Program-made: the position numbers and the translations under genes
Assembly: GCA_964465205.1 (NCBI GenBank)
Contig: CAYXJO010000003.1
Location: 14,693-78,692 of the forward strand
Direction: 5' to 3'
From: an uncultured Gammaproteobacteria bacterium
GTDB taxonomy: Bacteria; Patescibacteriota; Patescibacteriia; Magasanikbacterales; GWA2-37-8
Length of the DNA: 64,000 nt
Shown: piece after piece, positions 1 to 10,197 of the stretch
Layout of the letters: the number at the start of each line of letters is the position of its first letter
How positions within the stretch are numbered: position 1 is the stretch's first letter
The notes under the pieces: model-generated
Database searches by the model: none
What the model saw: the letters and a program-made list of their open reading frames with translations, nothing else
Told to the model about the DNA's origin: nothing

Positions 1-3000
1 GCCGGTAATTTGCCATTTTTGCGTCCCGCTGTACAAAGTAATGCTTCGATGTTTGATTCCAATAATGGTGTTTGTTCGCTCACCGGTAGTTATTGTGATG
101 ATACTGTTTCAGTATTATCACAGTGTAAAGCGCAATTTACCATACAAAATAATACTTATTTTGCTTCTTCCACTCAAAATATTTGTTATGGCAAAAAAAG
201 TGGAACCACAACCTATTTTATTGGTTTGAATAATAGTCCATTATTCTGCTCTGATAGAAATACCTGTAGCAATGATGCCGGTTTTGCTCGTTGGAAACAA
301 GCAGGTGAATATACTGATTATGGATGCGATATACCTACCAATAAGGTTTTACCAACTTGTATTGTGCGTGCACAGCCAATTAAACGCTTTCTATTCACCA
401 ACCAGAAAAACAACGATGTTATTGGTATTCAGGTGTTTCCTAATCCCAAAGTGTTATCAGTAGAGCAGTGGTTCAACAATGACAAAACTTTGGGTGGACA
501 AGGTTTTTCCGGCAGGATGCAAACACTCACACTCGACGGTTTCCGTGCGGTGCGCGACAATAATAATATTTATGTTGATGTGTTTAATGTTAGTAGTGAT
601 AATGATGTTTATAACAAGAAATTTTTCTCCAACATTATATTGTTTAGTATCAATGCCGACGCCCAATCGGAAACTCGGCAGGTATTTGAGCAAATGCTGG
701 GCAATCTTCGGTTTAATACCAATTTAACCAATTATGGTTATTGTGAGAACAATGTTGAACAGTTCGGAGCTTCTACTACCTGTAAAACCGATTTTGATTG
801 TCCGCGCGGTCAGGTGTGTGCTAACCAGAAAATTAAGGTTCAAAGAAATTATCAGCGTTTGCGTGACTTGAAAGATATTTCGGTGGTATTGGGGCAATAT
901 TTCAATGCCAATAACCGCTACCCATCATTAAGTTCTGGTTCGTATTTACCGGGACAAACTTTAAGTACTTGGCCGGCTTGGACAGCGTTTAGCAATGCGG
1001 TGAATTACGCACTCAATCCCGATCCAATAAATAAAATGCCGATCGTAGGCACCTGTTCAGTTACCAGAGGTAAGATCTGTACCGGAGACAGCAGTCTGAA
1101 CGATGATGTGGTTTGTCCGACCGGCGAACATTGTATTATTCACGAACCAAATACTGGTTGGAGCACGGTTGATCGCCGATTTAGCTTTGCATGCCACCCT
1201 TCTTCATCTGTCTATCGATACATGTTCAATACGTCTACGGCCGGGTTCGAAGTTCGTGCTCATTTAGAGGAACCTTTTGCAACTTTGGGCCCATTACGTG
1301 GATTTAGTTATTGGTCGTTGTTCAAACAAAATTATTTTGGCAGTGATTGGAGTAAGTTTATAATAGATGGAGCCAACGGCGCTTGTATTACCGGAGAAGA
1401 AATCTCTACAGTTACTCAAGGTAGTTGTGGAGATGGTCAAGTGAATTTGGGCAAAGGCGAACAGTGTGATCCGCCTGGCGCAAAACAATATAATACCGAC
1501 GCTTGTGCCACTGGTGGAGCCAATGCCTCCGTGAAGACTTGCCAATCAAATTGTACTTGGAGCAGTGCCGCTAATATTCCGTGTTCCGGATTGGTGCGTA
1601 CTTGCGGTAATGGAGTGCTCGAACCGGGTGAAGCGTGTGATCAGGGCCGATTTAATGGTACTTATAATCATTGTAATTCTGCTTGTACCGGATTTGAAAA
1701 TAACACCAACGGTCGTTGTGGCGATGCGATAGCACAAGAGAAGAATGAGATTTGCGATATCATGAAGCCGCGTACCAGTGGTGGTTTGGGTATTTGTTCT
1801 GATGGTACGAAAAAAGGTGAATATTGCGCCAATGATGCCGAATGCCAATCGACGGTTAATAATGGAGTAGGTGTCTGTAAGACCCCAAATGTGGTAGGTG
1901 TGCGCTATGGTAAAACCAAGACTGAATCTTGTAATTTCGATTGTCAGTCGCGTGGTCCATATTGTGGCGATGGTATTGTCCAGCCGGAATTTGGCGAAGA
2001 ATGCGATGGTAATCAAAGTTGTACGACTTGGGACGGCAATCCGGGTAGACGTTACTGTTTGCCAAATTGTAAGCAAAAAATTACCTTACCAGCCAATTTG
2101 GCTGCTTGGTGGCAGCTAGATGACGCCAAGCCGTTAGCAGGCACAGCACCAGATTACACAAAATATAAATTTTATAGTACCAAAGTGAATCCAGATGGCA
2201 GTACGGTGTTAGATGATACAAATAATAATATTTATGCGATCAGCGAAATTAATAATAATGTGATTGATTTCGACAACCATGCTTCGGTTGTTATTTCTCC
2301 GAAATTACCGATACGTAAGCCGGGCTATTTAGGGTCTGGTTATGATGCCACCAATTATTCGTATGAATTCGGTTCAGAGACCTTCGCATCCACGACCTTG
2401 GAAATTGATCAGAGTGAAAATGGAAATGACGGCAGATCTTTGACCTATATGGCCTGGGTTTATCCAACCGGGCTTGAGAATATTAGGCGTCAAGTATTTA
2501 GCGCGGATTTAGGTGGTTTTGGTTGGTCATTGCTTAGTTCCAATGAAGGTGCACCAGCAGGGTTTAATACTTGGCAATTTTTCAATAATGGCGATGGTAG
2601 AATTAATACCGGCATGAAAGTAGACGTCGGCTATTGGCAGCATATAGCGGTTGTATACGACAGACAACAAGGAAAAGTGTTTTTTTATAAAAATGGTGGA
2701 GCTGATCCAAATAGTAGCACTGCGTTCAGTGGTTCAATATCGTATCGTCCATATACGAATAGTTCCGGTTATAGATATAACACCACTAAACAATATTTAC
2801 ATTTGGGTATCAATGCCGATCGTCGTTGGTGGTATGAGAGAATGTCTGGCCGATTTGACGAGATGATGGTGTTCAATAGAGCAGTAACCCAGTCGGAAAT
2901 CGAACAATATGTACGTGATGGTGCTTGGAAGTGTGAGCCGCTTACTCCGCCCACTAGTACACCCACCCCATCCAAATGCGGAAATGGCGTGGTAGAGTCC

Positions 3001-4620
3001 AACGAAGCCTGCGACAGTGTAGTTAGTGGTGTGAATAAAAATGGCATTGCTTGCACGCCAGAATATGGCAAGACTTGCAGTTATTGTTCTGCTGATTGTA
3101 AAAACAGAATTGATGTTCAACCAACGGAATACTGTGGTGACGGTAAATTACAATCCGGTAAAGAACAATGCGATGGCGATATCGGTTCTTGTATTGCTAC
3201 CAGTAGTATAAATGGAATTAATAATGTACCTAAATTACAAGTGTGTAACAATAATTGTCGCGTAGCCAGAGAAATTGCTCCTAATGCTTTTGGTAGGTAT
3301 TTTTTCAATAGTGAGACAGATAACCCGGTCAATGTAAATATTGGAGATTCCGGATCTACAGAAATGACTGTGGCGGGATGGTTTCGATTTGCGCCAGATT
3401 CACAGTCCGGTGGATTGGTGTTGGAGCGTAATATTGGTAGTGATAAATATATTAAGATTTATTTCGATGTCAGTCCGAGCAATAAATTACAAGTGAAAGT
3501 TCAAACTTGCGGAGACACTGGTAGTTATAGTGGTTGCGACATGACCTTACCGGGAATTTTTGGTGCGGAACCACTTAAACCAAGTGATTGGAATTTTATA
3601 GCTTTGCGTTTTAAAGCACCACTTGATTTTGTTTATACTCTAAACACGAATGATCCAATAGAGCAAGTGTCGTATTCAGTTATGGCAAAGTTAGTCACAG
3701 GTCAAGACTCGAATCTAATCCAAGGGAAACCTCCACTTTTAGTACGTTTGAGTCCTTATAAAATTAATGGTAGTGGTAGCATGGAATTTTTGGATTACGA
3801 TTCCGGTGCTCTCGCCGGTGCTACCGGCAGATGGAAAATATCAGGTGCTAATGCAGATGAATTCCATGGCCAAATTAGAAATTTGATGGTTTGGAACAGC
3901 TTGCAAACAGATGAGGAACTGCAGAATCTTTATCGTGCCGGTTTAGCGGATTGTGGTAACCCACCGCCAACTATGCCGCCCGCACCTCGTTGTCAACCAA
4001 CTTGTTCCGGTAGAAGTTGTGGTGCCGATGGTTGTGGTGGAAGTTGTGGTAGTTGTTCTGTTGCCAACACTACTTGTAGTCCTGCCGGTAATTGTGTTTG
4101 TGAACCAGAAACACCTGCTGAATTTTGTACTACTCACAATAGCCCGTGTAATGGCCTCACCGCTCTAAATCGTTGTAGCCAACAAATGACGGTAGCTAGT
4201 TGCGCTGCGCCGTGTAATAACAGTGTGGTTGGTAATAATACAATAGAAGGGGGCGAGGAGTGTGATGATGGTAATACTATAAGTGGTGATGGTTGCTCTA
4301 GTAGTGGAAAAATTGAATCCGGTTATGAATGTCCGCCGGTGGCGGGGAGTTGTAGAAAAAAATGTGGCAATGGCGCAACTGACCCGGGTGAAATTTGTGA
4401 TATTAAAAGCGGCTGTGGAGGTGGAACGGCTAGTGTGTGTTCAGCGTTGGGTGGTTGGTTAAGTACCCACAGTTCGTGGAATATTTACGGCAATGGATTG
4501 GGTTGGAGATGTGATGTTATGAGTGATAATTGCCAGCGTTGCAATACCACTTGTTCTGGAACTGATGCCACTTGTAGTACCGACGATGATGGTGTGACAT
4601 TTAATTGTGTTAATAACTAA
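1..4620 (+). CDS. Large secreted cysteine-rich repeat protein, 5'-truncated by window edge (ORF open to position 1). Contains at least 6 CGNG/CGDG...E.CD (Myxococcus-type cysteine-rich repeat, DUF4215-like) modules and two LamG/ConA-like lectin-fold segments
   Basis: 1536-codon open frame running off the 5' edge. Repeated motifs CGNGVLEPGEACDQG, CGDGIVQPEFGEECDGN, CGNGVVESNEACDS, CGDGKLQSGKEQCDGD, GGEECDDGNTISGDGCSS, CGNGATDPGEICD. LamG-like segments (LTYMAWVYPTG...WQHIAVVYD...FFYKNGG and MTVAGWFRF...WNFIALRF). Many Cys and N-x-S/T sites. Confidence 0.6.
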   Translation, partial: AGNLPFLRPAVQSNASMFDSNNGVCSLTGSYCDDTVSVLSQCKAQFTIQNNTYFASSTQNICYGKKSGTTTYFIGLNNSPLFCSDRNTCSNDAGFARWKQAGEYTDYGCDIPTNKVLPTCIVRAQPIKRFLFTNQKNNDVIGIQVFPNPKVLSVEQWFNNDKTLGGQGFSGRMQTLTLDGFRAVRDNNNIYVDVFNVSSDNDVYNKKFFSNIILFSINADAQSETRQVFEQMLGNLRFNTNLTNYGYCENNVEQFGASTTCKTDFDCPRGQVCANQKIKVQRNYQRLRDLKDISVVLGQYFNANNRYPSLSSGSYLPGQTLSTWPAWTAFSNAVNYALNPDPINKMPIVGTCSVTRGKICTGDSSLNDDVVCPTGEHCIIHEPNTGWSTVDRRFSFACHPSSSVYRYMFNTSTAGFEVRAHLEEPFATLGPLRGFSYWSLFKQNYFGSDWSKFIIDGANGACITGEEISTVTQGSCGDGQVNLGKGEQCDPPGAKQYNTDACATGGANASVKTCQSNCTWSSAANIPCSGLVRTCGNGVLEPGEACDQGRFNGTYNHCNSACTGFENNTNGRCGDAIAQEKNEICDIMKPRTSGGLGICSDGTKKGEYCANDAECQSTVNNGVGVCKTPNVVGVRYGKTKTESCNFDCQSRGPYCGDGIVQPEFGEECDGNQSCTTWDGNPGRRYCLPNCKQKITLPANLAAWWQLDDAKPLAGTAPDYTKYKFYSTKVNPDGSTVLDDTNNNIYAISEINNNVIDFDNHASVVISPKLPIRKPGYLGSGYDATNYSYEFGSETFASTTLEIDQSENGNDGRSLTYMAWVYPTGLENIRRQVFSADLGGFGWSLLSSNEGAPAGFNTWQFFNNGDGRINTGMKVDVGYWQHIAVVYDRQQGKVFFYKNGGADPNSSTAFSGSISYRPYTNSSGYRYNTTKQYLHLGINADRRWWYERMSGRFDEMMVFNRAVTQSEIEQYVRDGAWKCEPLTPPTSTPTPSKCGNGVVESNEACDSVVSGVNKNGIACTPEYGKTCSYCSADCKNRIDVQPTEYCGDGKLQSGKEQCDGDIGSCIATSSINGINNVPKLQVCNNNCRVAREIAPNAFGRYFFNSETDNPVNVNIGDSGSTEMTVAGWFRFAPDSQSGGLVLERNIGSDKYIKIYFDVSPSNKLQVKVQTCGDTGSYSGCDMTLPGIFGAEPLKPSDWNFIALRFKAPLDFVYTLNTNDPIEQVSYSVMAKLVTGQDSNLIQGKPPLLVRLSPYKINGSGSMEFLDYDSGALAGATGRWKISGANADEFHGQIRNLMVWNSLQTDEELQNLYRAGLADCGNPPPTMPPAPRCQPTCSGRSCGADGCGGSCGSCSVANTTCSPAGNCVCEPETPAEFCTTHNSPCNGLTALNRCSQQMTVASCAAPCNNSVVGNNTIEGGEECDDGNTISGDGCSSSGKIESGYECPPVAGSCRKKCGNGATDPGEICDIKSGCGGGTASVCSALGGWLSTHSSWNIYGNGLGWRCDVMSDNCQRCNTTCSGTDATCSTDDDGVTFNCVNN

Positions 4621-4632
4621 TTTTCGTTAATT

Positions 4633-5430
4633 ATGTTTGATGATCAAAATACTGTTGGGCAAGCTCCACAAAATCTACCCACCGAGCCGGCGGATATTTT
4701 TGCCGGTGTAGACAAAAGCTCCGCAGCTCCACCGGTAGCACCTGGCGCACCCAAAGATGCTTTGGGTGCGGGGTTGTTGCGCAAAGCGCCTTCCAGTGAC
4801 ACGATGGCCAATATGCCTGTAAGTGCTCAAGCGGTGTACAATGTCAAAGAGCCGGTAATAGGTAAAATTCTATTAATACTAATTGTCATTGCTGCGTTGG
4901 TTGGTGCCGGTATTGGAGGTTGGATGCTGTATAAATATTTTACCGCGCCAACAGTGCCAACTGTACCGACAGTGAACACCCCAGCTACAAATAATACACC
5001 TGCGTCAGAAAATCTAGGTAATACGCCGGTATCAGAGGAGCCGGCATCTGTGACACCAACCAATACCGCAGTTACGCCAGTATCTGTGCCCACCAGTAGT
5101 GTTTCGGTTGATATGGCTAATGACAAATTATTATTTGGCGAAGCAATTGATTCGGATAGAGACGGTTTGGATGATACGCGCGAAAAACAACTTGGTACCG
5201 ATATCGGTAAAACCGACACCGACGGTGATGGTTTGTCTGACGCCGACGAAGTAATTATTTGGAAGACCGATCCGCTCAACCCAGACACCGACGGTGATAA
5301 GTATCCAGATGGCACCGAAGTGCGTAATGGTTACAATCCGCTTGGCCCCGGCAAACTATTTGTCACTTCTGGCGCAGTATCCACGAGTACCAAAAATACC
5401 AGTACTACAACTACCAATACTACTAAATAA
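4633..5430 (+). CDS. Membrane-anchored protein: N-terminal TM helix, Thr/Pro/Val-rich linker, C-terminal thrombospondin type-3-like Ca-binding repeats (D-x-D-x-D-G)
   Basis: TM segment ILLILIVIAALVGAGIGGWMLY. Linker TAPTVPTVPTVNTPATNNTPAS. Repeats DSDRDGLDDT / DTDGDGLSDADE / DTDGDKYPDGTE. Paralog of next gene. Confidence 0.55.
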   Translation: MFDDQNTVGQAPQNLPTEPADIFAGVDKSSAAPPVAPGAPKDALGAGLLRKAPSSDTMANMPVSAQAVYNVKEPVIGKILLILIVIAALVGAGIGGWMLYKYFTAPTVPTVPTVNTPATNNTPASENLGNTPVSEEPASVTPTNTAVTPVSVPTSSVSVDMANDKLLFGEAIDSDRDGLDDTREKQLGTDIGKTDTDGDGLSDADEVIIWKTDPLNPDTDGDKYPDGTEVRNGYNPLGPGKLFVTSGAVSTSTKNTSTTTTNTTK

Positions 5431-5443
5431 TTATATATAATTT

Positions 5444-6637
5444 ATGTTTGGCAAAAAATCGCCAGACAATTCAAAAGAGTCAGTCGCTTTGTCCCAAATA
5501 CAGACCCAGGTGATTCCACCGGAATTTTATGCTGGTGCCAATCCGGTGGTAAAATTTAAAGAAATCAAAAAAGAATTTGTCGTCAATGAATCGGGGCAAG
5601 TTTTGTCTGCGGCCGAGCAAGCCATGCTCAAAAAAGCCAAAACTGCGGGTGGTGATAATAAGATGCATCCGGCCAATTTATTTACTAATCGCAAATTTTT
5701 GATTATTGGCGGAGTGATTTTGTTTGTTTTGTTTTTGGTTGGCGGTGGGATTTACTACTGGCTAGTGAATCGCCCGCAATCCCAGCCCACGGCGACACCG
5801 CCGGCTGTTACATATACTCCTACATCGGTACCGACAGAAGTCACTCCTGAACCCGTATCTCTACCAGTAGAGATGGCCACCACCACCCCGTCTTCTTCTT
5901 TGTCACAAGAGCCAGAATTGGTGTTCCCGGCCATTATCACCGGTGATAGTGAAGATTTAGACAATGATGGTATTACCGATATTGCCGAAGCAATTTTCAA
6001 GACTGACCCTTCTGTTCCAGATACCGATGGTGACAAATATTTAGATGGAAGCGAAGTGTACCACCTCTACGATCCGGCCAAAAAAACACCGGCCAAATTG
6101 ATTGATTCCGGCTTGGTAAAAGAGTTTGATAACCCGGTATTTGGTTACAAGGTTTATTATCCGTCTACTTGGGAGGTTGGCAACGTTGATCAAAAGTATC
6201 GGCAGGTTTTGTTTAGCGCGATTAATGGTGAGTATGTCGAGATAAGAATATTTGATATGGACCCAGGAGCGACGTTTGCAGATTGGTTCGCGAAATGGGC
6301 GCGAAGCGAGCGTTATTCCGATTTGCTGTCTTTTGACACCATGTTTGGCGGCATGGGTTGGAGACGTCCGGATAATTTGGTTAATTATTTTATGGACGGC
6401 ACGCAATATGTGTATGTGATGACTTATCATAGTCTGGATAATGTTGCGCCTATTAATTTCCGTATTGTTTCGCAAATGATAGCACGCAGCTTTCGATTGA
6501 CTGGCAATTATAATCCATTGCCGGTGCAGCCGCCAGCAGATCAATTTGTGCCCACCAGTACCGTCGATGTGGTGGTTGAACCAATCACCAACACCAATAC
6601 CCTTGAACAATCAAATAGTACCAGCTCCGTTTTATGA
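5444..6637 (+). CDS. Paralogous membrane-anchored protein: TM helix, TP-rich linker, TSP3-like repeats, plus extra C-terminal domain of unknown function
   Basis: TM FLIIGGVILFVLFLVGGGIYYWLV. Linker TATPPAVTYTPTSVPTEVTPEP. Repeats DSEDLDNDGITD / DTDGDKYLDGSE, same architecture as 4633..5430. Confidence 0.55.
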   Translation: MFGKKSPDNSKESVALSQIQTQVIPPEFYAGANPVVKFKEIKKEFVVNESGQVLSAAEQAMLKKAKTAGGDNKMHPANLFTNRKFLIIGGVILFVLFLVGGGIYYWLVNRPQSQPTATPPAVTYTPTSVPTEVTPEPVSLPVEMATTTPSSSLSQEPELVFPAIITGDSEDLDNDGITDIAEAIFKTDPSVPDTDGDKYLDGSEVYHLYDPAKKTPAKLIDSGLVKEFDNPVFGYKVYYPSTWEVGNVDQKYRQVLFSAINGEYVEIRIFDMDPGATFADWFAKWARSERYSDLLSFDTMFGGMGWRRPDNLVNYFMDGTQYVYVMTYHSLDNVAPINFRIVSQMIARSFRLTGNYNPLPVQPPADQFVPTSTVDVVVEPITNTNTLEQSNSTSSVL

Positions 6638-7062
6638 TCGCATCTTTTATCAATAAGGAGGTGCGCTGTCCACTGTCTGTTAATTTTATTACTAAAGTAA
6701 TTTCGAAAGCGGCGCGTTTCGAACCGAAATTAATTGGCGAAATCGAAATTATTGTGGTAGGTGATCGTGCTATGTGTGCACTCAATCGCCAATATCGAAA
6801 CAAAGACAAAGTAACAGATGTTTTGTCGTTCGCGTGGCAAGAGGATAAAAAAATTAAAGGATCAATGTTGGGGCAAATTTATATTTGTTACTCTCAGATA
6901 GTACGTCAAGCAAAAGAATATAAGGTATCTGTGAGACAAGAATTTGTACGTATGTTGGTACATGGAATGTTGCACTTAGTAGGGTATGATCATATGAGAC
7001 CGTCAGATGCAAAGAAAATGTTTGCCTTACAAGAAAAGATAATATTTACTGTTTTGAAATAA
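6634..7062 (+). CDS. ybeY: rRNA maturation endoribonuclease YbeY
   Basis: Zinc-binding H-x-x-x-H-x-x-x-x-x-H motif HGMLHLVGYDH in a ~140-aa protein. ATGA start/stop overlap with upstream gene. Confidence 0.85.
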   Translation: MIASFINKEVRCPLSVNFITKVISKAARFEPKLIGEIEIIVVGDRAMCALNRQYRNKDKVTDVLSFAWQEDKKIKGSMLGQIYICYSQIVRQAKEYKVSVRQEFVRMLVHGMLHLVGYDHMRPSDAKKMFALQEKIIFTVLK

Positions 7063-7073
7063 TTTACTGTGTT

Positions 7074-7448
7074 ATGTCGGTGATTTCTCTAAAGAGGTTG
7101 GGGGGGAGTATGCGTGATGCGGGGCGGGGCCTGTATTATACTTTTAAGACTGAACAAAATTTCCGTGTGCAGACATTATTGGCGATTGTGGCATTGATGC
7201 TAGCCGCCTATTTTCCATTGCGAACCTGGGAGACAATTCTGATTATTTTGCTAATAGTTATGGTGATGACAATGGAACTGCTAAACACCGCGGTAGAAAA
7301 ATTTGCCGATTTGTTGATCCCGCGTTTGCATCACTATATATCCACCATAAAAGACGTGATGGCGGCGGCGGTATTACTCACATCGATTGGCGCTGGGGTG
7401 ATTGGTATTATGATTTTTTTGCCCCACTTCATTAATTTTTTGAATTAG
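7074..7448 (+). CDS. dgkA: Diacylglycerol kinase / undecaprenol kinase family (DgkA)
   Basis: 124 aa, three TM helices, conserved ELLNTAVE motif. Classic ybeY-dgkA adjacency. Confidence 0.7.
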   Translation: MSVISLKRLGGSMRDAGRGLYYTFKTEQNFRVQTLLAIVALMLAAYFPLRTWETILIILLIVMVMTMELLNTAVEKFADLLIPRLHHYISTIKDVMAAAVLLTSIGAGVIGIMIFLPHFINFLN

Positions 7449-7456
7449 GGTATAAT
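7428..7456 (+). promoter_or_regulatory. sigma-70-like promoter for ftsA (TTCATT-17-TATAAT)
   Basis: TATAAT at 7451-7456 with TTCATT 17 nt upstream, ~40 nt before ftsA ATG. Confidence 0.35.
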
Positions 7457-7494
7457 GCTGATGTATCCACAGATACAGTAAAATCTCATTAGCT

Positions 7495-8769
7495 ATGAAA
7501 AAACCGACTCACAATTTAATTACCGGATTAGATATTGGCACTCATTCGGTGCGTATGGCGGTAGGTCAGATTCACGAAAGTGAAGATGGACATTTAGAGC
7601 TGCAATTACTAGGAGCGGCTGAGGTAAATTCCGAAGGGGTGAACAAGGGAGTAGTAAGTAGCATTGAAGATGTAGTATCTTCTGTTTCGGCGTGTTTGGA
7701 GCGTGCAGAGCGCATGGTGGGTACACCCATCGATAGGGCGTGGGTGGGTATTTCCGACCCTCACATTGTTACCCAAGCCAATAAGGGTGTGATAGTGGTT
7801 TCCAAAGCCAACAATGAGATTTCCGAAGAAGACGCCCAACGTGCTATTGAAACCGCTCGATCAATTGCTACCCCGCTTAATTATGAGGTATTACATGTTT
7901 TGCCCCGCGGATTTGCTGTGGATGGCCAGACTGGTATCAAAGACCCGGTGGGCATGACCGGAATTCGTTTGGAGGTAGATACGCATATTATCTTGGGTTC
8001 TACCGCTCAGATTAAAAACTTAACCAAAGCCATTTATCGTACCGGTTTGGAAATCGACGATTTAGTTTTGTCAATATTAGCTGCCGGTGAAGCCGTGTTA
8101 ACCACTCGTCAAAAAGAACTTGGTGTGGCGGTGGTGAACTTGGGTGGTTCGACCACTAGTTTGGCGGTATTTGAAGAAGGGGACATCTTGCGTATTGCGA
8201 CCATTCCAATTGGCTCGGAACATATCACCAATGATATCGCGATTGGTTTGCGTACTTCGGTAGATATTGCCGAAAAAGTAAAAGTAGAATACGGCGAATG
8301 TTTGTCCGAAAATGTATCCAAAACTGAAACCGTTGATTTGTTTAATCTGGGCGCACCAGATCATGAAATGGTCAAAAAACGTTATGTCAGTGAGATCATG
8401 GAAGCGAGGGTTGAGGAAATTATGAAAAAAATTGATGCTGAGCTGGCTAAAGTACAACGTAGCGGTTTGTTGCCGGCCGGTGTCGTGTTCACCGGGGCGG
8501 GATCGAAGTTGCCCGGCATTGTAGATGTGGCAAAAAAGTATTTACGCTTACCGGCCAGCTTGGGGTATTCTTTGAATTTTTCTAGCGTCACAGAAAAAGT
8601 AAATGATCTTGGATTTTCTACGGCCATTGGTTTGGTAAGATGGGGCGCCAATATGGCCAGTGTCGGACGTGCTGCCGGAAGATCTGATAGTGGAGTGATG
8701 GCTGGTATAAAAAAGGCCGGCGCGATGCAGGGTACAGTGCGTCGTTGGATTAAAGCATTAATCCCATAG
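7495..8769 (+). CDS. ftsA: Cell division protein FtsA (actin-like ATPase)
   Basis: N-terminal LITGLDIGTHSVRMAVG actin-fold phosphate-1 motif. ~420 aa. Immediately upstream of ftsZ. Confidence 0.85.
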   Translation: MKKPTHNLITGLDIGTHSVRMAVGQIHESEDGHLELQLLGAAEVNSEGVNKGVVSSIEDVVSSVSACLERAERMVGTPIDRAWVGISDPHIVTQANKGVIVVSKANNEISEEDAQRAIETARSIATPLNYEVLHVLPRGFAVDGQTGIKDPVGMTGIRLEVDTHIILGSTAQIKNLTKAIYRTGLEIDDLVLSILAAGEAVLTTRQKELGVAVVNLGGSTTSLAVFEEGDILRIATIPIGSEHITNDIAIGLRTSVDIAEKVKVEYGECLSENVSKTETVDLFNLGAPDHEMVKKRYVSEIMEARVEEIMKKIDAELAKVQRSGLLPAGVVFTGAGSKLPGIVDVAKKYLRLPASLGYSLNFSSVTEKVNDLGFSTAIGLVRWGANMASVGRAAGRSDSGVMAGIKKAGAMQGTVRRWIKALIP

Positions 8770-8803
8770 TGTTTAGAATACTAAAGTTATACACACGAGT
8801 GAT

Positions 8804-8830
8804 TTCTATTTTCTTGACAGTAAAATTCTT
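8804..8830 (+). promoter_or_regulatory. Candidate promoter for ftsZ (TTGACA ... TATACA)
   Basis: TTGACA at 8804-8809; -10-like TATACA/TACATT 11-15 nt downstream. Spacing suboptimal. Confidence 0.3.
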
Positions 8831-8947
8831 ACATTATACACTATATAGCGAGGTAACTCCCGCTATTTTGTTTGAATAGTGTGAACACTAAAATTGTTCA
8901 ATCAACTTTAGTCAAATAAATCCTTAGTTAGTTTGATTTAGAAATAT

Positions 8948-10162
8948 ATGCCACAAGTAAAACCAGAAATGGAAACTTTCGCTAAAATAAAGGTGGTGGG
9001 CGTAGGAGGTTCGGGGGGCGCCGCAGTAAACAGAATGATGGCCGGGAAAATTCGGGGGGTAGATTTTGTAGTTATGAATACCGATGTGCAGGCGTTGCAC
9101 CACAATAGCGCCCCATCCAAATTGCATATTGGTAAAAGTGTGACTCGCGGTTTGGGGGCAGGTATGGATCCAGAAGTAGGTAAGCGTGCTGCCGAAGAAA
9201 CACAAAATGAAATTCGCGATTTGCTCAAAGATACCGACATGGTATTTGTGACTTGTGGTTTGGGTGGCGGTACTGGATCTGGTGCTAGCCCGGTGGTGGC
9301 TGAGGTCGCCCGTGAATTAGGCGCACTCACTATCGCTGTGGTAACCAAACCTTTTGGTTTTGAGGGGGCGAAGCGTCGTGATATTGCCGAACAAGCTTGG
9401 GAACAATTAGTAAAGAATGTTGACGCTATTATTACCATACCCAATGATCGTATTTTGCAAGTGATCGACAAAAAAACCAGCCTACTGGATGCTTTCAAAA
9501 TTGTCGATGATGTTTTACATCAAGGTGTGCAGGGGATTTCTGAGCTGATTACTATTCCCGGTCTTATTAATGTAGATTTTGCGGATGTAAAAGCGATTAT
9601 GAAAGATGCCGGTTCAGCGCTTATGGGCATTGGTTTGGCCAGTGGTGAGAATAGAGCAATAGACGCTGCCAAAATGGCTATTTCCAGTCCGCTTTTGGAA
9701 TTATCCATTGATGGCGCGCATGGTATTTTGTTTACTATCACCGGTGGTCCAGATTTGACTATGGATGAAGTTAGTGAGGCCGCCAAAATTATTACCAGTT
9801 CCGCTTCCGAAGATGCCAAAATTATTTTTGGTTCAATTATTGATGAATCCATGACCGGCAGTATGCGTATTACTGTTATTGCCACCGGATTTGACGATCA
9901 TCGCGCACCTACTTCGGTTGACGAAGATCGGTCTTTCAAGTATACTCCCAGTACTTTTGTACGAAAATTGCAAAAAGAAGAAAAAGAAGAAGAAAAGAAG
10001 TTTTTGCAATTTACTGCTCATCGCACCTCATCGGCACCGGTTGTGCCAATGCGTCCTCCCAAAGAAGAAAGGCCGATTAATGTGCCGTTATCAACTCCGT
10101 CCACCGACGATAAAGACGAGTTGGAGATTCCTGCGTTCATTCGCAAAAAAATGGGAATGTAA
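8948..10162 (+). CDS. ftsZ: Cell division GTPase FtsZ
   Basis: Tubulin signature GGGTGSG ([20 protein letters not shown]), N-terminal [14 protein letters not shown], acidic/charged C-terminal tail. Confidence 0.95.
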   Translation: MPQVKPEMETFAKIKVVGVGGSGGAAVNRMMAGKIRGVDFVVMNTDVQALHHNSAPSKLHIGKSVTRGLGAGMDPEVGKRAAEETQNEIRDLLKDTDMVFVTCGLGGGTGSGASPVVAEVARELGALTIAVVTKPFGFEGAKRRDIAEQAWEQLVKNVDAIITIPNDRILQVIDKKTSLLDAFKIVDDVLHQGVQGISELITIPGLINVDFADVKAIMKDAGSALMGIGLASGENRAIDAAKMAISSPLLELSIDGAHGILFTITGGPDLTMDEVSEAAKIITSSASEDAKIIFGSIIDESMTGSMRITVIATGFDDHRAPTSVDEDRSFKYTPSTFVRKLQKEEKEEEKKFLQFTAHRTSSAPVVPMRPPKEERPINVPLSTPSTDDKDELEIPAFIRKKMGM

Positions 10163-10197
10163 TTACGAGAAAAATTATTCGGTAAATCCAAATAACT

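Noticed and set aside
1546-2076. Minus-strand 176-aa ORF inside the giant Cys-rich protein gene
   Set aside because: Antisense to a long, clearly coding plus-strand gene; T/I/R-rich translation without motifs.
8938-9498. Minus-strand 186-aa ORF overlapping ftsZ
   Set aside because: Antisense to the highly conserved ftsZ coding sequence; artefact of Gly/Ala-rich codons.
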